A program made the translations under genes and the position numbers. The notes below the pieces were generated by a model. The model saw only the letters and a program-made list of their open reading frames with translations, made no database searches and had not been told where the DNA came from. 57,209 nt of DNA, taken from positions 1-57,209 of the IMG/VR virus record IMGVR_UViG_3300020159_000496; one strand, written 5' to 3'. Source of the stretch: a virus. Lineage: Duplodnaviria > Caudoviricetes. This document shows, piece after piece, positions 18,548 through 27,322 of this stretch (position 1 is the first letter of the stretch; every line of letters starts with the position of its first letter).

Positions 18548-20098
18548 TTACAGACGGCCTACAACAACTTCAATAATTCCTTCTACGCCGTCAAAATTTT
18601 CTAATGCCTTTCCGAGTACTGTGCCAATTGCTGGTTCAGTTGAAGGTCTAGCATAGCCTCCCCCTCCGCTTATCAGCATATCACCTTTGCGAATCTTTCC
18701 TCTAACTTTACATGGTACTCTGCCCTGTAATGCTAGTTTAATAACTGTTTCACCTTTGAGTTCATTGTTCATTATAAACGCAGGATCAGTAGAAACAACA
18801 CCAGCTATTCTTCTTGTACTATCTTCAGCAATGGTTACTTCTTTCTCGCCACCAAACTCTAAAACAGTGCCGGGTTCATAGGCACGATCAGCTAGATATT
18901 TTTCTGCCAAGTCAGCCCAACGTGCTGTTGTTGCGGTTACGTTAAGTACACTAGTAGCAACATCTAGTGTTACTCCAGAACTAGCATACAAACTTTGTCC
19001 TGAAATTGGATCAGTGCCTTCAGCAATGACCATTGGAAAGGTGCCTGTAAGTATTTCTGTTACTAAAATTTCTGAAGCAACGCCGCCGGCCCCACCACCG
19101 CCACTACTTCCGGTGTTTGTAATAGTGACCCTATCACTGGTAGCATTTGTTGTAATCGAAATTCCAGCCCCTGCTACAAAGGTTAAAGTATCTGATGCCG
19201 AATCTGCTCGTATAGTTGACTGCCCAGAGACGCTGATAATTCCAAAAGCATTAGCAGAGGTGGCGGTACCGCCGCCACCTGAACTTGAAAGTGTAATAGC
19301 TCTATTCAACGGATCGGTAGTAATAGTCATTCCGGCGCCGGCAATCAATGTTAATGTATCATCTAAAGAGACGCTTTCAACATCAGTCTCGCCTGCTATT
19401 GATATAGTTCCGAACGATACTAATCCGTTTCCATCTACAGTGCTGCCTACTGGTAATTCAATGCCGCCGGTTTGATTTTTAGAAATAACAGCACCGTCAA
19501 GATTTATGGTATTTTTAAGATATAGATCTCTAAATCTTTTCAAAGAAATACCAACATCAAACGAACTATCAATGGTTGGAGTTAATGTTCGGTTGATTGT
19601 TGAAAAATCAACTGTGGTACCTCCGTCTGGAATACTTCCGCCGCCGCCACCAGGGGCAAATCCGTCGTCAGGAACAGCATATGATAACGGAATTGGTCTT
19701 TGTAAATCTGTTAATGTAGCAAAGTACTGGGCAAAATAAATCACCCTAGCACCAGAGTATTCTGGAATTATTGGTGATAATGTTAAACTAAGAAAACTGT
19801 CATTGACAGTTGCTGATATTGTAATTAAAGGATCATCAATAGACGCACGGCCATATATTGTATAGGTTGCCTGATCCGGTCTTGCTACAACCAATACCGA
19901 CATTGTTTCTTTCTTTTGCGAATCAAACTCTACAGAGATAATATAGTTGGCCGCGGCAAAATCACCAACATACCATCGGTCTACTTCAGTGTCGGTAAAA
20001 ACCTGTCTCCAGGGTCCTCTATTATAGAAGTTTACTCCGTTCTTTAGGAACAGTGTATTCTTAACTCCCGGGGCAAAATATCTTGTAAAATCTGTCAT
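18548..20098 (-). CDS. Tail fibre-like protein with C-terminal intramolecular chaperone (peptidase G2-like) domain
   Basis: Two DTLTLxAGAGxxITT repeats; C-terminal ADLAEKY...GVVSTDP...ALQGRVPCKV...GDML...GKALE domain. Confidence 0.65.
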   Translation of the reverse strand: MTDFTRYFAPGVKNTLFLKNGVNFYNRGPWRQVFTDTEVDRWYVGDFAAANYIISVEFDSQKKETMSVLVVARPDQATYTIYGRASIDDPLITISATVNDSFLSLTLSPIIPEYSGARVIYFAQYFATLTDLQRPIPLSYAVPDDGFAPGGGGGSIPDGGTTVDFSTINRTLTPTIDSSFDVGISLKRFRDLYLKNTINLDGAVISKNQTGGIELPVGSTVDGNGLVSFGTISIAGETDVESVSLDDTLTLIAGAGMTITTDPLNRAITLSSSGGGGTATSANAFGIISVSGQSTIRADSASDTLTFVAGAGISITTNATSDRVTITNTGSSGGGGAGGVASEILVTEILTGTFPMVIAEGTDPISGQSLYASSGVTLDVATSVLNVTATTARWADLAEKYLADRAYEPGTVLEFGGEKEVTIAEDSTRRIAGVVSTDPAFIMNNELKGETVIKLALQGRVPCKVRGKIRKGDMLISGGGGYARPSTEPAIGTVLGKALENFDGVEGIIEVVVGRL

Positions 20099-20144
20099 GG
20101 GTCCGCTCTTTGTATCATATATTTAACTGATTTAAACGGAAAGT

Positions 20145-20168
20145 AAAAACCCCCGTAATGGGGGTTTT
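20145..20168 (-). terminator. Rho-independent terminator after the carbamoyltransferase gene
   Basis: AAAACCCCC-ATTAC-GGGGGTTTTT on the minus strand just after the stop at 20171; a new TAAATA follows at 20125-20120. Confidence 0.85.
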
Positions 20169-20170
20169 AA

Positions 20171-21979
20171 TTAGGTATTTGCTATCTTTATTAATTTACC
20201 GTATTCGGGTAAAAACATATATTCGATATCGCTTTTAACTAGCGTTTCAATAGCGTCGTCTAGGGTTTCAACTAACGGATCACCACCTAAATTAAAGCTG
20301 GTATTAAAAATAATAGGAATACCAGTTTGTGCGTGAAACTCTTTGATTAAATTGTAGTAGTGCGGATTTTGCTCACGCTTGACAGTTTGAATGCGGCATG
20401 TACCGTCAACATGAATAATTGACGGAATTTTTTCAGCAATGCCTGGCTGACAGTTTACCGCATACATCATGTGCGGTGTTTCGTCCATACCGCGTAGATC
20501 AAACCACTCGTGTACATGATCGTGTAAAATACTACCAGCAAAAGGACGGAAATATTCACGACGCTTAACTGCGTTTACAAAATCTTTACCGTCTTCAAAT
20601 GTTGGATCAAATAGCACTGAACGATTTCCCAGGGCACGTGGTCCGTTTTCACTACGGCCTTGGAAAATTGTAACAATATTTTTCTTTCTTAACAGTTCTA
20701 CTACTTCTTTATTAGTAGCATCAACTACTTCGCCGCTGGCATAACTGACTTTTTCTAAAATTTCTTTTTCTGTATAGCTATGTTCAGGTCCTAGATACAG
20801 GGTATCAAGTTTTTGTTTTTCTTTGCTATCAGATAACGCATGCCAAAACATTAATCCAGCACCCATCGCAGTACCAGCATCGTTAGAAATAGGCTCTACA
20901 TATATGTTAATACCTTCATCTTTTAAAGCTTCTAGATAATGATAGTTAGCAACACAATTTAAACCATATCCGCCACTAATCACTACGTTTTTCTTACCAC
21001 TGATCTCAACTGCTTTTTTTATCAAGCGTACAACTTGTTCTTGAGTTTGTGTTTGGCAAGCATAGGCAAGATCTCTACGACTTTGAAGCGTAGTTGGATC
21101 TTGTCCTTCTTCTGGCAGTTCATCTAGGTAATCAAATAGTGCCGAGTTAACAACAGAAGAAGATGGATAGGCAGGAACGATCAAGTTTCTATTAGATAAC
21201 GGAACCTTTGAAGTGAAATCAAACAACTTAGGAATTTGATCGTTTGGAACCCCGTATGGGAATAAACCCATAGTCTTCCCTGCTTCGATAGATGAAAAAC
21301 CGCAATATTCGGTGACAGCCTCATAGGTCTTCACTATACCCGCTCTATCCGAAAGCCATGCTTCATGGAATTCGCCTGCTTCACCAAATTGGTCTGAAGG
21401 GCATTTATCCATATAGGTACCAGCAACTGCTTCACGAGCACCGTAATTTTTATACAACGTTTTAAAACTTGACGGATAGTTACAATCAACAATCGACTCA
21501 ACTTCCCAAACCCATAAGGGTTCGTTGCCGTACATCAACTGAATAAAAGTGCCAGCACCGTCAACGATCAAAGACACTGCGTCATCAAATCCGCTGCGAT
21601 AAAACGCACAAGCAGCGTGAAGCTTGTGATGCATAAAACTTAAATCAACCACTTGTGGGTGATTGTGATTGTCTTCCTTGCGGCTGATAAGACCCAACTT
21701 CCGTGCTAGACCTGTGTATACATCGTCACCACTGAAGTCAATTTTAGCTGCTGTGTCTGATAACTTTTGCGTATGTGCTACTACTAGATAATCTAATTTG
21801 TCTGTATATTCTAAAATCTTTACCATTGAAGCAAGAGGACCACCGTCATATTTTTGACGAGTTAGTCTTTCTTCTTCGATAGAAAAAACAATTTCACCGT
21901 CTTTAAATAGGCACACACCTGCGTTGTGTCCACGTGCTATGGCTGCTATCCAGCCTGAATTAATCTTAGGTTCTGTCAT
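20171..21979 (-). CDS. O-carbamoyltransferase (NodU/CmcH/TobZ family)
   Basis: EEERLTRQK, HHKLHA, DGAG, GKTMGLxPYG, SGGYGLNCVAN, NDAGTAMGA, GPRALGNRS, RPFA, HVDGTCRIQT and NTSFN motifs. Confidence 0.93.
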   Translation of the reverse strand: MTEPKINSGWIAAIARGHNAGVCLFKDGEIVFSIEEERLTRQKYDGGPLASMVKILEYTDKLDYLVVAHTQKLSDTAAKIDFSGDDVYTGLARKLGLISRKEDNHNHPQVVDLSFMHHKLHAACAFYRSGFDDAVSLIVDGAGTFIQLMYGNEPLWVWEVESIVDCNYPSSFKTLYKNYGAREAVAGTYMDKCPSDQFGEAGEFHEAWLSDRAGIVKTYEAVTEYCGFSSIEAGKTMGLFPYGVPNDQIPKLFDFTSKVPLSNRNLIVPAYPSSSVVNSALFDYLDELPEEGQDPTTLQSRRDLAYACQTQTQEQVVRLIKKAVEISGKKNVVISGGYGLNCVANYHYLEALKDEGINIYVEPISNDAGTAMGAGLMFWHALSDSKEKQKLDTLYLGPEHSYTEKEILEKVSYASGEVVDATNKEVVELLRKKNIVTIFQGRSENGPRALGNRSVLFDPTFEDGKDFVNAVKRREYFRPFAGSILHDHVHEWFDLRGMDETPHMMYAVNCQPGIAEKIPSIIHVDGTCRIQTVKREQNPHYYNLIKEFHAQTGIPIIFNTSFNLGGDPLVETLDDAIETLVKSDIEYMFLPEYGKLIKIANT

Positions 21980-22917
21980 TTTTTATTTTTTCCTTGAACT
22001 GCGTCTACAATGTATGTGTGGATTTCTGGAGTCATTGACATAATTGTTTCGTGCTTTCTGTCAACTCTTTCGTCCTGTGTTATTCGAATAGGACTGTATT
22101 CTCGAGTATCTTCTCCCATGTCTAGGATAGTAAACAATTTATTTTCAGGGTAAGATACGTTAATTGGATACGTTGATCCAAATAATACAGTAGCTGGTTT
22201 GTCTAAACAGTGGGCCAAATGCTGTCCTAAACTATCACACCCTAAAAAGTGATCAGCATATTTGATAATAGCTGCCCATTGACGCATAGATACGTTTTCA
22301 GGCATGGCAATTTCATCTTTGAATTTTTCGTCAGTGAAATCAATTTTGAATTCACTCATTAAAATTACACCAAAGTCTTTATCTTGTAATTTTTTAATAA
22401 TGGCTTTTACATCTTTAAATTCGATACTACGAGATGTTGAATCAACCGGCGTATCGTCAACAACCTGTATGCCTCTACCAAATGGTTGAAACACAACAAT
22501 TTTACTTTTCTTTATTTGTTTCTTTACATCAGATATTAGTTTACGACCCGTTAACAATTCGTCCTTGCTAAGATTTAATGTGGGTTTTGGCAAAGGTCTA
22601 ATACCTTTTTTATTGATTTCGATGTCAAATGCCTGTGCTATAGAACACTTTTGATTATAATATTCCCATACTCTGTAAGGCTCAGTGCTTATAATATCTT
22701 TATCTTTGAGTTTCTCAATGAAAAGATTTTTATGCCAAACATCATAGGTCCTAGCATCAAGTGTTGGATGTCCTTTAAAAACATCTGTGCCGCCTTCGCA
22801 AATAATGATAAAATCCTTGTCACCGGATTCTTGTTCATATTTTTCAAATGCGGGTATTGCTGAAATCATACGGCCCGCACCGCCGTTTAAAAAAAATGCT
22901 CTAGAGCGTTGTTCCAT
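21976..22917 (-). CDS. GT-B fold glycosyltransferase, GT9 (heptosyltransferase)-like
   Basis: N-terminal GGAGRMISAIPA and C-terminal FLGCDSLGQHLAHCLDKPATVLFGST match the GT9 DSxxxHxA nucleotide-sugar motif; ATGA overlap with the carbamoyltransferase. Confidence 0.7.
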   Translation of the reverse strand: MEQRSRAFFLNGGAGRMISAIPAFEKYEQESGDKDFIIICEGGTDVFKGHPTLDARTYDVWHKNLFIEKLKDKDIISTEPYRVWEYYNQKCSIAQAFDIEINKKGIRPLPKPTLNLSKDELLTGRKLISDVKKQIKKSKIVVFQPFGRGIQVVDDTPVDSTSRSIEFKDVKAIIKKLQDKDFGVILMSEFKIDFTDEKFKDEIAMPENVSMRQWAAIIKYADHFLGCDSLGQHLAHCLDKPATVLFGSTYPINVSYPENKLFTILDMGEDTREYSPIRITQDERVDRKHETIMSMTPEIHTYIVDAVQGKNKK

Positions 22918-22924
22918 TTAAACT

Positions 22925-22987
22925 CCAAGAAAATAGGTTCTGTTCTACTATGTATCACTACAATAATAACACAGAACCTATTCTTGG
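22925..22987 (-). promoter_or_regulatory. Long inverted repeat overlapping the RBS of the GT9-like gene, with a late-promoter-like box in the loop
   Basis: AATAGGTTCTGT (22932-22943) pairs with ACAGAACCTATT (22971-22982) and extends to CCAAG/CTTGG; TACATA at 22954-22949. Confidence 0.55.
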
Positions 22988-22998
22988 TTCAAGAGATT

Positions 22999-23646
22999 TT
23001 AATAATAATTTGGTAAATTATTTGGGAATGGAATTTTCCAGTGGTCTATTCCAGCATAACGTCTTTCTAGATCACGCAACCATGCCACGTGGTCAGCTAG
23101 AGTCTGTTCGTCTTCTTCTGGGTAATCATTTAATTGGATACTATTTTCTATCATTGTTGCGATTTGAAGATAATTTTCAATCATACTTGCTTTGGTAACA
23201 GCGTGTAATCTGTATTCTGGACCAACAAATTGATTGCTGATGTATTTCAACGATTGTCCGTAAAAACACTGTCCTATTGAACCAGTATTATCATCATAGT
23301 GATACGTATAGTTCCACTCATTTCCGTCTGCATCAACTAAGTCTGTAGAATAATCTGGAACTTCGTTTGTTTCATAAGAGTGTAACAAATAAGCACAGGC
23401 AAACGGATGTTCAACAGCATCGATCAAATAAAATGTTGTTGCTGGATCATCATCAACTAGCGTTTCAAAATTAATCTCTGCTAAAGATTCGCCTTTTCTA
23501 GCAACATATTTGATTTCGCCGGTAGCATCAATCACACAGATAGCAACATAACGCGGACCTGTATATACCGCATTTTGTACCTTGTTTAGAGCTGTGGTAT
23601 TTTTGTACGGCTCGTCTGGTAGTAAAAATGTAAAATTTTTTCTCAT
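22999..23646 (-). CDS. Hypothetical protein, possibly a fibre assembly chaperone
   Basis: Acidic 215-aa ORF with GAGG RBS; C-terminal WLRDL...WKIPFP resembles the ends of tail-fibre assembly proteins. Confidence 0.5.
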   Translation of the reverse strand: MRKNFTFLLPDEPYKNTTALNKVQNAVYTGPRYVAICVIDATGEIKYVARKGESLAEINFETLVDDDPATTFYLIDAVEHPFACAYLLHSYETNEVPDYSTDLVDADGNEWNYTYHYDDNTGSIGQCFYGQSLKYISNQFVGPEYRLHAVTKASMIENYLQIATMIENSIQLNDYPEEDEQTLADHVAWLRDLERRYAGIDHWKIPFPNNLPNYY

Positions 23647-23665
23647 AATCTTCCTCTAACAATAT

Positions 23666-24634
23666 TTATGTAAAGAACCTAATTCTAACAGCACCCCAGC
23701 CGCCTCGGCCAGCGTGGTCTCTAACACCCGGACATGGTGTTGTTGCGTGGCCACCTGTTCCAGGCGTAGCGTAGTGCATACATCCGTGCATCTCATAGCA
23801 ACCACACGATCTATCTGATCTCCAGCAATAATTCATTGGAATACCTGCTGTAGGTGATCTTCTTAATGCCGAAAACGCATTTGTTTCTGCCATCTGAGTC
23901 TGTCCTGACCACTGACCGTATCTGTTGTCGTCTTCAGCACCAAATGCTGCTACGTTACCGGCTCCGCAGCTATAAAATCCTGCTGGGGATGCTACGTGGA
24001 ATTGTGTACAACACGGACATGCTGGTTGGCATCCAAAAAATGCTGTACAGCTAAACTGGCCACAACAGTTAACATCACCACCGTAGGCACAGGCAATCCA
24101 AATACCTGAGAAGTAGTTACAGATAATACCGCAGTTGTCATTAAACGGTCCAGTAAAGCAATGACTTTGGTTTACAAAACAACAGAACATTGAAGTACCT
24201 GTTGAACACATGCCGCGACCGCCTGCTCCACCTTGAGCACAAATACAACCGTTTGCTGTAACACCACTGGAAGTCCAACACACTTCTGTTGGATCAGAAC
24301 AACCTCTAAAACATAAAGCTGATGAATTACCGCAACTATTACCAATTGTTCCGCGAACAAAGTTACTGGCAGTTACTTGAATAGTGCGTTTTGCGTATGC
24401 TCCTGCATTGCCTGGTGTACCACCACCGCAACAGCACATTTGAGCACCACTACCACCAGCACCCCAAACTTCAATTACTGCTCGGCCAGTTCCCGGTGGG
24501 TTCCAACAAAAGCCACTACAGAAGTTTGTGTACATTGTACCGGGTGTGAACACATAGATTTTACCTGTTTCTAAGTTTTCTTCAACTCGGCCAGTGACTC
24601 TAGATCTAATTAAATTTTGAAACGATGTAGGCAT
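23666..24634 (-). CDS. Cys/Gly-rich protein, paralogue 3
   Basis: 31 Cys in 322 aa by my count; EVWGAGGSGAQMCCCGGG and GGWGAVRIRF glycine-rich-domain motifs. Confidence 0.8.
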   Translation of the reverse strand: MPTSFQNLIRSRVTGRVEENLETGKIYVFTPGTMYTNFCSGFCWNPPGTGRAVIEVWGAGGSGAQMCCCGGGTPGNAGAYAKRTIQVTASNFVRGTIGNSCGNSSALCFRGCSDPTEVCWTSSGVTANGCICAQGGAGGRGMCSTGTSMFCCFVNQSHCFTGPFNDNCGIICNYFSGIWIACAYGGDVNCCGQFSCTAFFGCQPACPCCTQFHVASPAGFYSCGAGNVAAFGAEDDNRYGQWSGQTQMAETNAFSALRRSPTAGIPMNYCWRSDRSCGCYEMHGCMHYATPGTGGHATTPCPGVRDHAGRGGWGAVRIRFFT

Positions 24635-24646
24635 TATATTCTTCTC

Positions 24647-25642
24647 TTATAAGTCTTGTACTGTACCATCTTGAATGAATCGGATACGAATAGCACCATG
24701 ACCACCACGATAGGCATGATCGCGAACGTCTGGGCATGGAAACGCTGGTAATCCTGGGAATCCTGGCGGAACAAATGGAATACATCCATTGCCGTCATAG
24801 CATCCGCAGGTTCTACCACCGGTCCAACATCTATGAGCACCGTCAACACCACGACCTGGTTGGCGACCTGCTACGTTTAATCCGTAGAGGAATCCGTTCA
24901 GAGCCATTCCGCTCCAGTTAGAGTGGCCGTTATCGCCTTCGTTGGTGTAGGTAATCTCGCCGCCACAGTCCGAATAGTAACCAGGTGGAGTTGCCACGTG
25001 ATATATTGTTGAACATGGACAGCTTGGTGTACACCCAAAGAATGAAGCACGACTAAATCCGCCTCTTAAGTTTACATCTCCGCCAAACGCATCAGCACAA
25101 CAGCTGGCAGTGCCGCCGCCATAATTACAAATAATACCGCAGTTGGCATTGAACGGGCCTGTTCCGCAGAAACTACCAGCTTGAAAACAGCACCACATTG
25201 ATGTTCCGGTTGAACAATAAGTAGTACCTCCTCGACCGCCTTGAGCACACATACAGCCGTTTGTGGTTGTTGAACGCCAGCATACGCCAGTGGACTCTGA
25301 ACAACCTCTAAAACATAAATCGTTTGAGTTACCGCAGCTAAAACCAATTGCTCCGGTAATTAAACAACCTGTGGCTACACAGATTGTTCTTTTCGAATAC
25401 GCACCTGGATTTCCAGGAATTCCGCCACCGCAACAACACATTTTAGCACCACTACCACCAGCACCCCAAATTTCTACGGTAGCTATACCGTTAGCAGGTG
25501 CTATCCAGCAAACTTCGCCGCACATCTTTGTACGGACGTTGCCGTGTGTGTAAGCCCAAATTCTACCTTGTTCTAAGTTTTCTTCCTCAAAGGCAATAAA
25601 CGGTTGTTTTGCTTGGACAAGACCTTTAAATGATGTAGGCAT
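24647..25642 (-). CDS. Cys/Gly-rich protein, paralogue 2
   Basis: 30 Cys in 331 aa by my count; colinear with both neighbours (MPTSF...WGAGGSGAKMCCCGGG...GGHGAIRIRF). Confidence 0.8.
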   Translation of the reverse strand: MPTSFKGLVQAKQPFIAFEEENLEQGRIWAYTHGNVRTKMCGEVCWIAPANGIATVEIWGAGGSGAKMCCCGGGIPGNPGAYSKRTICVATGCLITGAIGFSCGNSNDLCFRGCSESTGVCWRSTTTNGCMCAQGGRGGTTYCSTGTSMWCCFQAGSFCGTGPFNANCGIICNYGGGTASCCADAFGGDVNLRGGFSRASFFGCTPSCPCSTIYHVATPPGYYSDCGGEITYTNEGDNGHSNWSGMALNGFLYGLNVAGRQPGRGVDGAHRCWTGGRTCGCYDGNGCIPFVPPGFPGLPAFPCPDVRDHAYRGGHGAIRIRFIQDGTVQDL

Positions 25643-25643
25643 A

Positions 25644-26612
25644 TTATTGTCCCTCTATAAATCTAATACGGATAGCACCGTGGCCGCCGCGTCGGGCATG
25701 ATCTCTAACCTCAGGGCAAGGATTTGGGGGTGTGCCTGGATATCCAGGACCTACACCTGTGTAGCAACCTTCGTTTTCATAACAGCCGCAGCCGCCACCA
25801 AAGCCCCAGCAGTAAGACCAAGGAACACCGTGTGTTGGTTGTCTCGACTGTGCGTTTAATGCTGATTGATGTTGGTGAGCACCTTGGCCCGACCAGTTTG
25901 AGAATTCGTTATTGTTTTCTGTACCAAATACTACAACTCCACCGCATTTAGATACATATCCCGGAGGTGTTGCTACGTGATAGGTAAAAGAACAGATGCA
26001 TGGGCCTTGACAGCCCATGAATGCTGTACATGAAAATCCGCCACATCTATTAATGTCGCCGCCATAGGCACAGGCAATCCAAATTCCACCAAAGTAGTTA
26101 CAGATTGTTCCGCAGTTGTCGTTGTATGGTCCACGGAAACAGTATCCGTTGGCAGCAAAACAGCAATATAACGATGATCCTGTTGTACAGAATGAACGCC
26201 CGCCCGCTCCACCTTGAGCACACATACATCCTGAAGCACCGCAGTTGCCTGTCCAACATATCTGCGTTGGGTCTGAGCAACCTCTAAAACAAAGTGCGTC
26301 AGCGTTGCCGCAGCTAAATCCTACTGATCCACAGATGTAACAGTTTGTGTTTACCTGAATAGTGCGTTTTGAATACGCTCCTGCGTTACCAGGAAGTCCG
26401 CCACCGCAGCAGCACATACGAGCACCGCTTCCGCCAGCACCCCAAATTTCTACAACTGCTGTACCTTTGGCAGGTGCTCGCCAACAAATTTGATAGTTGG
26501 TAAAGTTGTTACCTGGTGTAAACACATGGATTCGGCCACGCTCTAAATGTTCTTCAGTAGCGTATATTCCGTCACCTTTGATCTTTACCAGGTTTTTAAA
26601 TGATGTTGGCAT
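25644..26612 (-). CDS. Cys/Gly-rich protein, paralogue 1
   Basis: 31 Cys in 322 aa by my count; same motif order as paralogues 2 and 3. Confidence 0.8.
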   Translation of the reverse strand: MPTSFKNLVKIKGDGIYATEEHLERGRIHVFTPGNNFTNYQICWRAPAKGTAVVEIWGAGGSGARMCCCGGGLPGNAGAYSKRTIQVNTNCYICGSVGFSCGNADALCFRGCSDPTQICWTGNCGASGCMCAQGGAGGRSFCTTGSSLYCCFAANGYCFRGPYNDNCGTICNYFGGIWIACAYGGDINRCGGFSCTAFMGCQGPCICSFTYHVATPPGYVSKCGGVVVFGTENNNEFSNWSGQGAHQHQSALNAQSRQPTHGVPWSYCWGFGGGCGCYENEGCYTGVGPGYPGTPPNPCPEVRDHARRGGHGAIRIRFIEGQ

Positions 26613-26633
26613 GTATCTTCCTGTGTTAACTCA

Positions 26634-26966
26634 TTAAGCAGATGCTACGATCCAGCCGTATGTTGCTCCGCTGTAAATCAAAGTAATAATTGAGCCGTTA
26701 ACGTCAATGGTTAAATCGTCGGCAATGTTTTGAATTTTAGCACCGTTTCGACCAATAGTAATATTGTTTGTAGCTGCTAGACCTCCAATGTCAATGATCT
26801 GAATAGTGTCATTGAGTAAAAGTGTAGAAGCATTCGGCAATGTAATAGTAAAAGCTGCTGCTGTACTATTAGCTAAAATTCGATCATTGACTGTGGCGTT
26901 AAAAGCACCAGAAACTTCGCGAATAACGTTATTTGCTGTGCCAGTTGTTGTGATATATCTTCCCAT
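26634..26966 (-). CDS. Small beta-rich fibre-associated protein
   Basis: FTITLP...DTIQIID...NNITIGRNGAKI...LIYSGATYGW domain of a type common in phage fibre proteins. Confidence 0.65.
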   Translation of the reverse strand: MGRYITTTGTANNVIREVSGAFNATVNDRILANSTAAAFTITLPNASTLLLNDTIQIIDIGGLAATNNITIGRNGAKIQNIADDLTIDVNGSIITLIYSGATYGWIVASA

Positions 26967-26989
26967 GTATTTCCCCTGTCAATGTATAT

Positions 26990-27310
26990 TTATGCTGTAG
27001 GCGTTTCTATGCCAAACGCTACAGCACTGACGTTTGCGGCACTGGAATAAACTACTAGTAGTCTACCAGCATCCATAACGATACCTGTACGTTCTAGAAC
27101 GCCCTTACCCAATACTTCTGTGTCAAATTCGATCCACTCAGCTGCTGTGGGTGTTGCAGCTGCTGAGATAGCTACTCTAATAGAACATGCTTGATTGTTT
27201 CTATTACAAATTGACAACGTAACCACCGAAAAAGTGTCCGATGGTACGGTGTAAACCGATGTATTTGTAGCTTGTGCTAGATCGCTTGCTCCTAATCTAC
27301 CTGTTGCCAT
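26990..27310 (-). CDS. Small beta-sandwich adaptor-like structural protein (family copy 1)
   Basis: VYTVP...VVTLSICN pattern shared with 39473..39802 and 53479..53850; GGAG RBS. Confidence 0.65.
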   Translation of the reverse strand: MATGRLGASDLAQATNTSVYTVPSDTFSVVTLSICNRNNQACSIRVAISAAATPTAAEWIEFDTEVLGKGVLERTGIVMDAGRLLVVYSSAANVSAVAFGIETPTA

Positions 27311-27322
27311 TTAGTTTCTCCG

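Noticed and set aside
23666-26612. Cys-rich proteins as RiPP precursors or metallothioneins
   Set aside because: They are over 320 aa, have a glycine-rich domain framework, lack a leader/core layout, and no radical SAM or YcaO enzyme is in the window.
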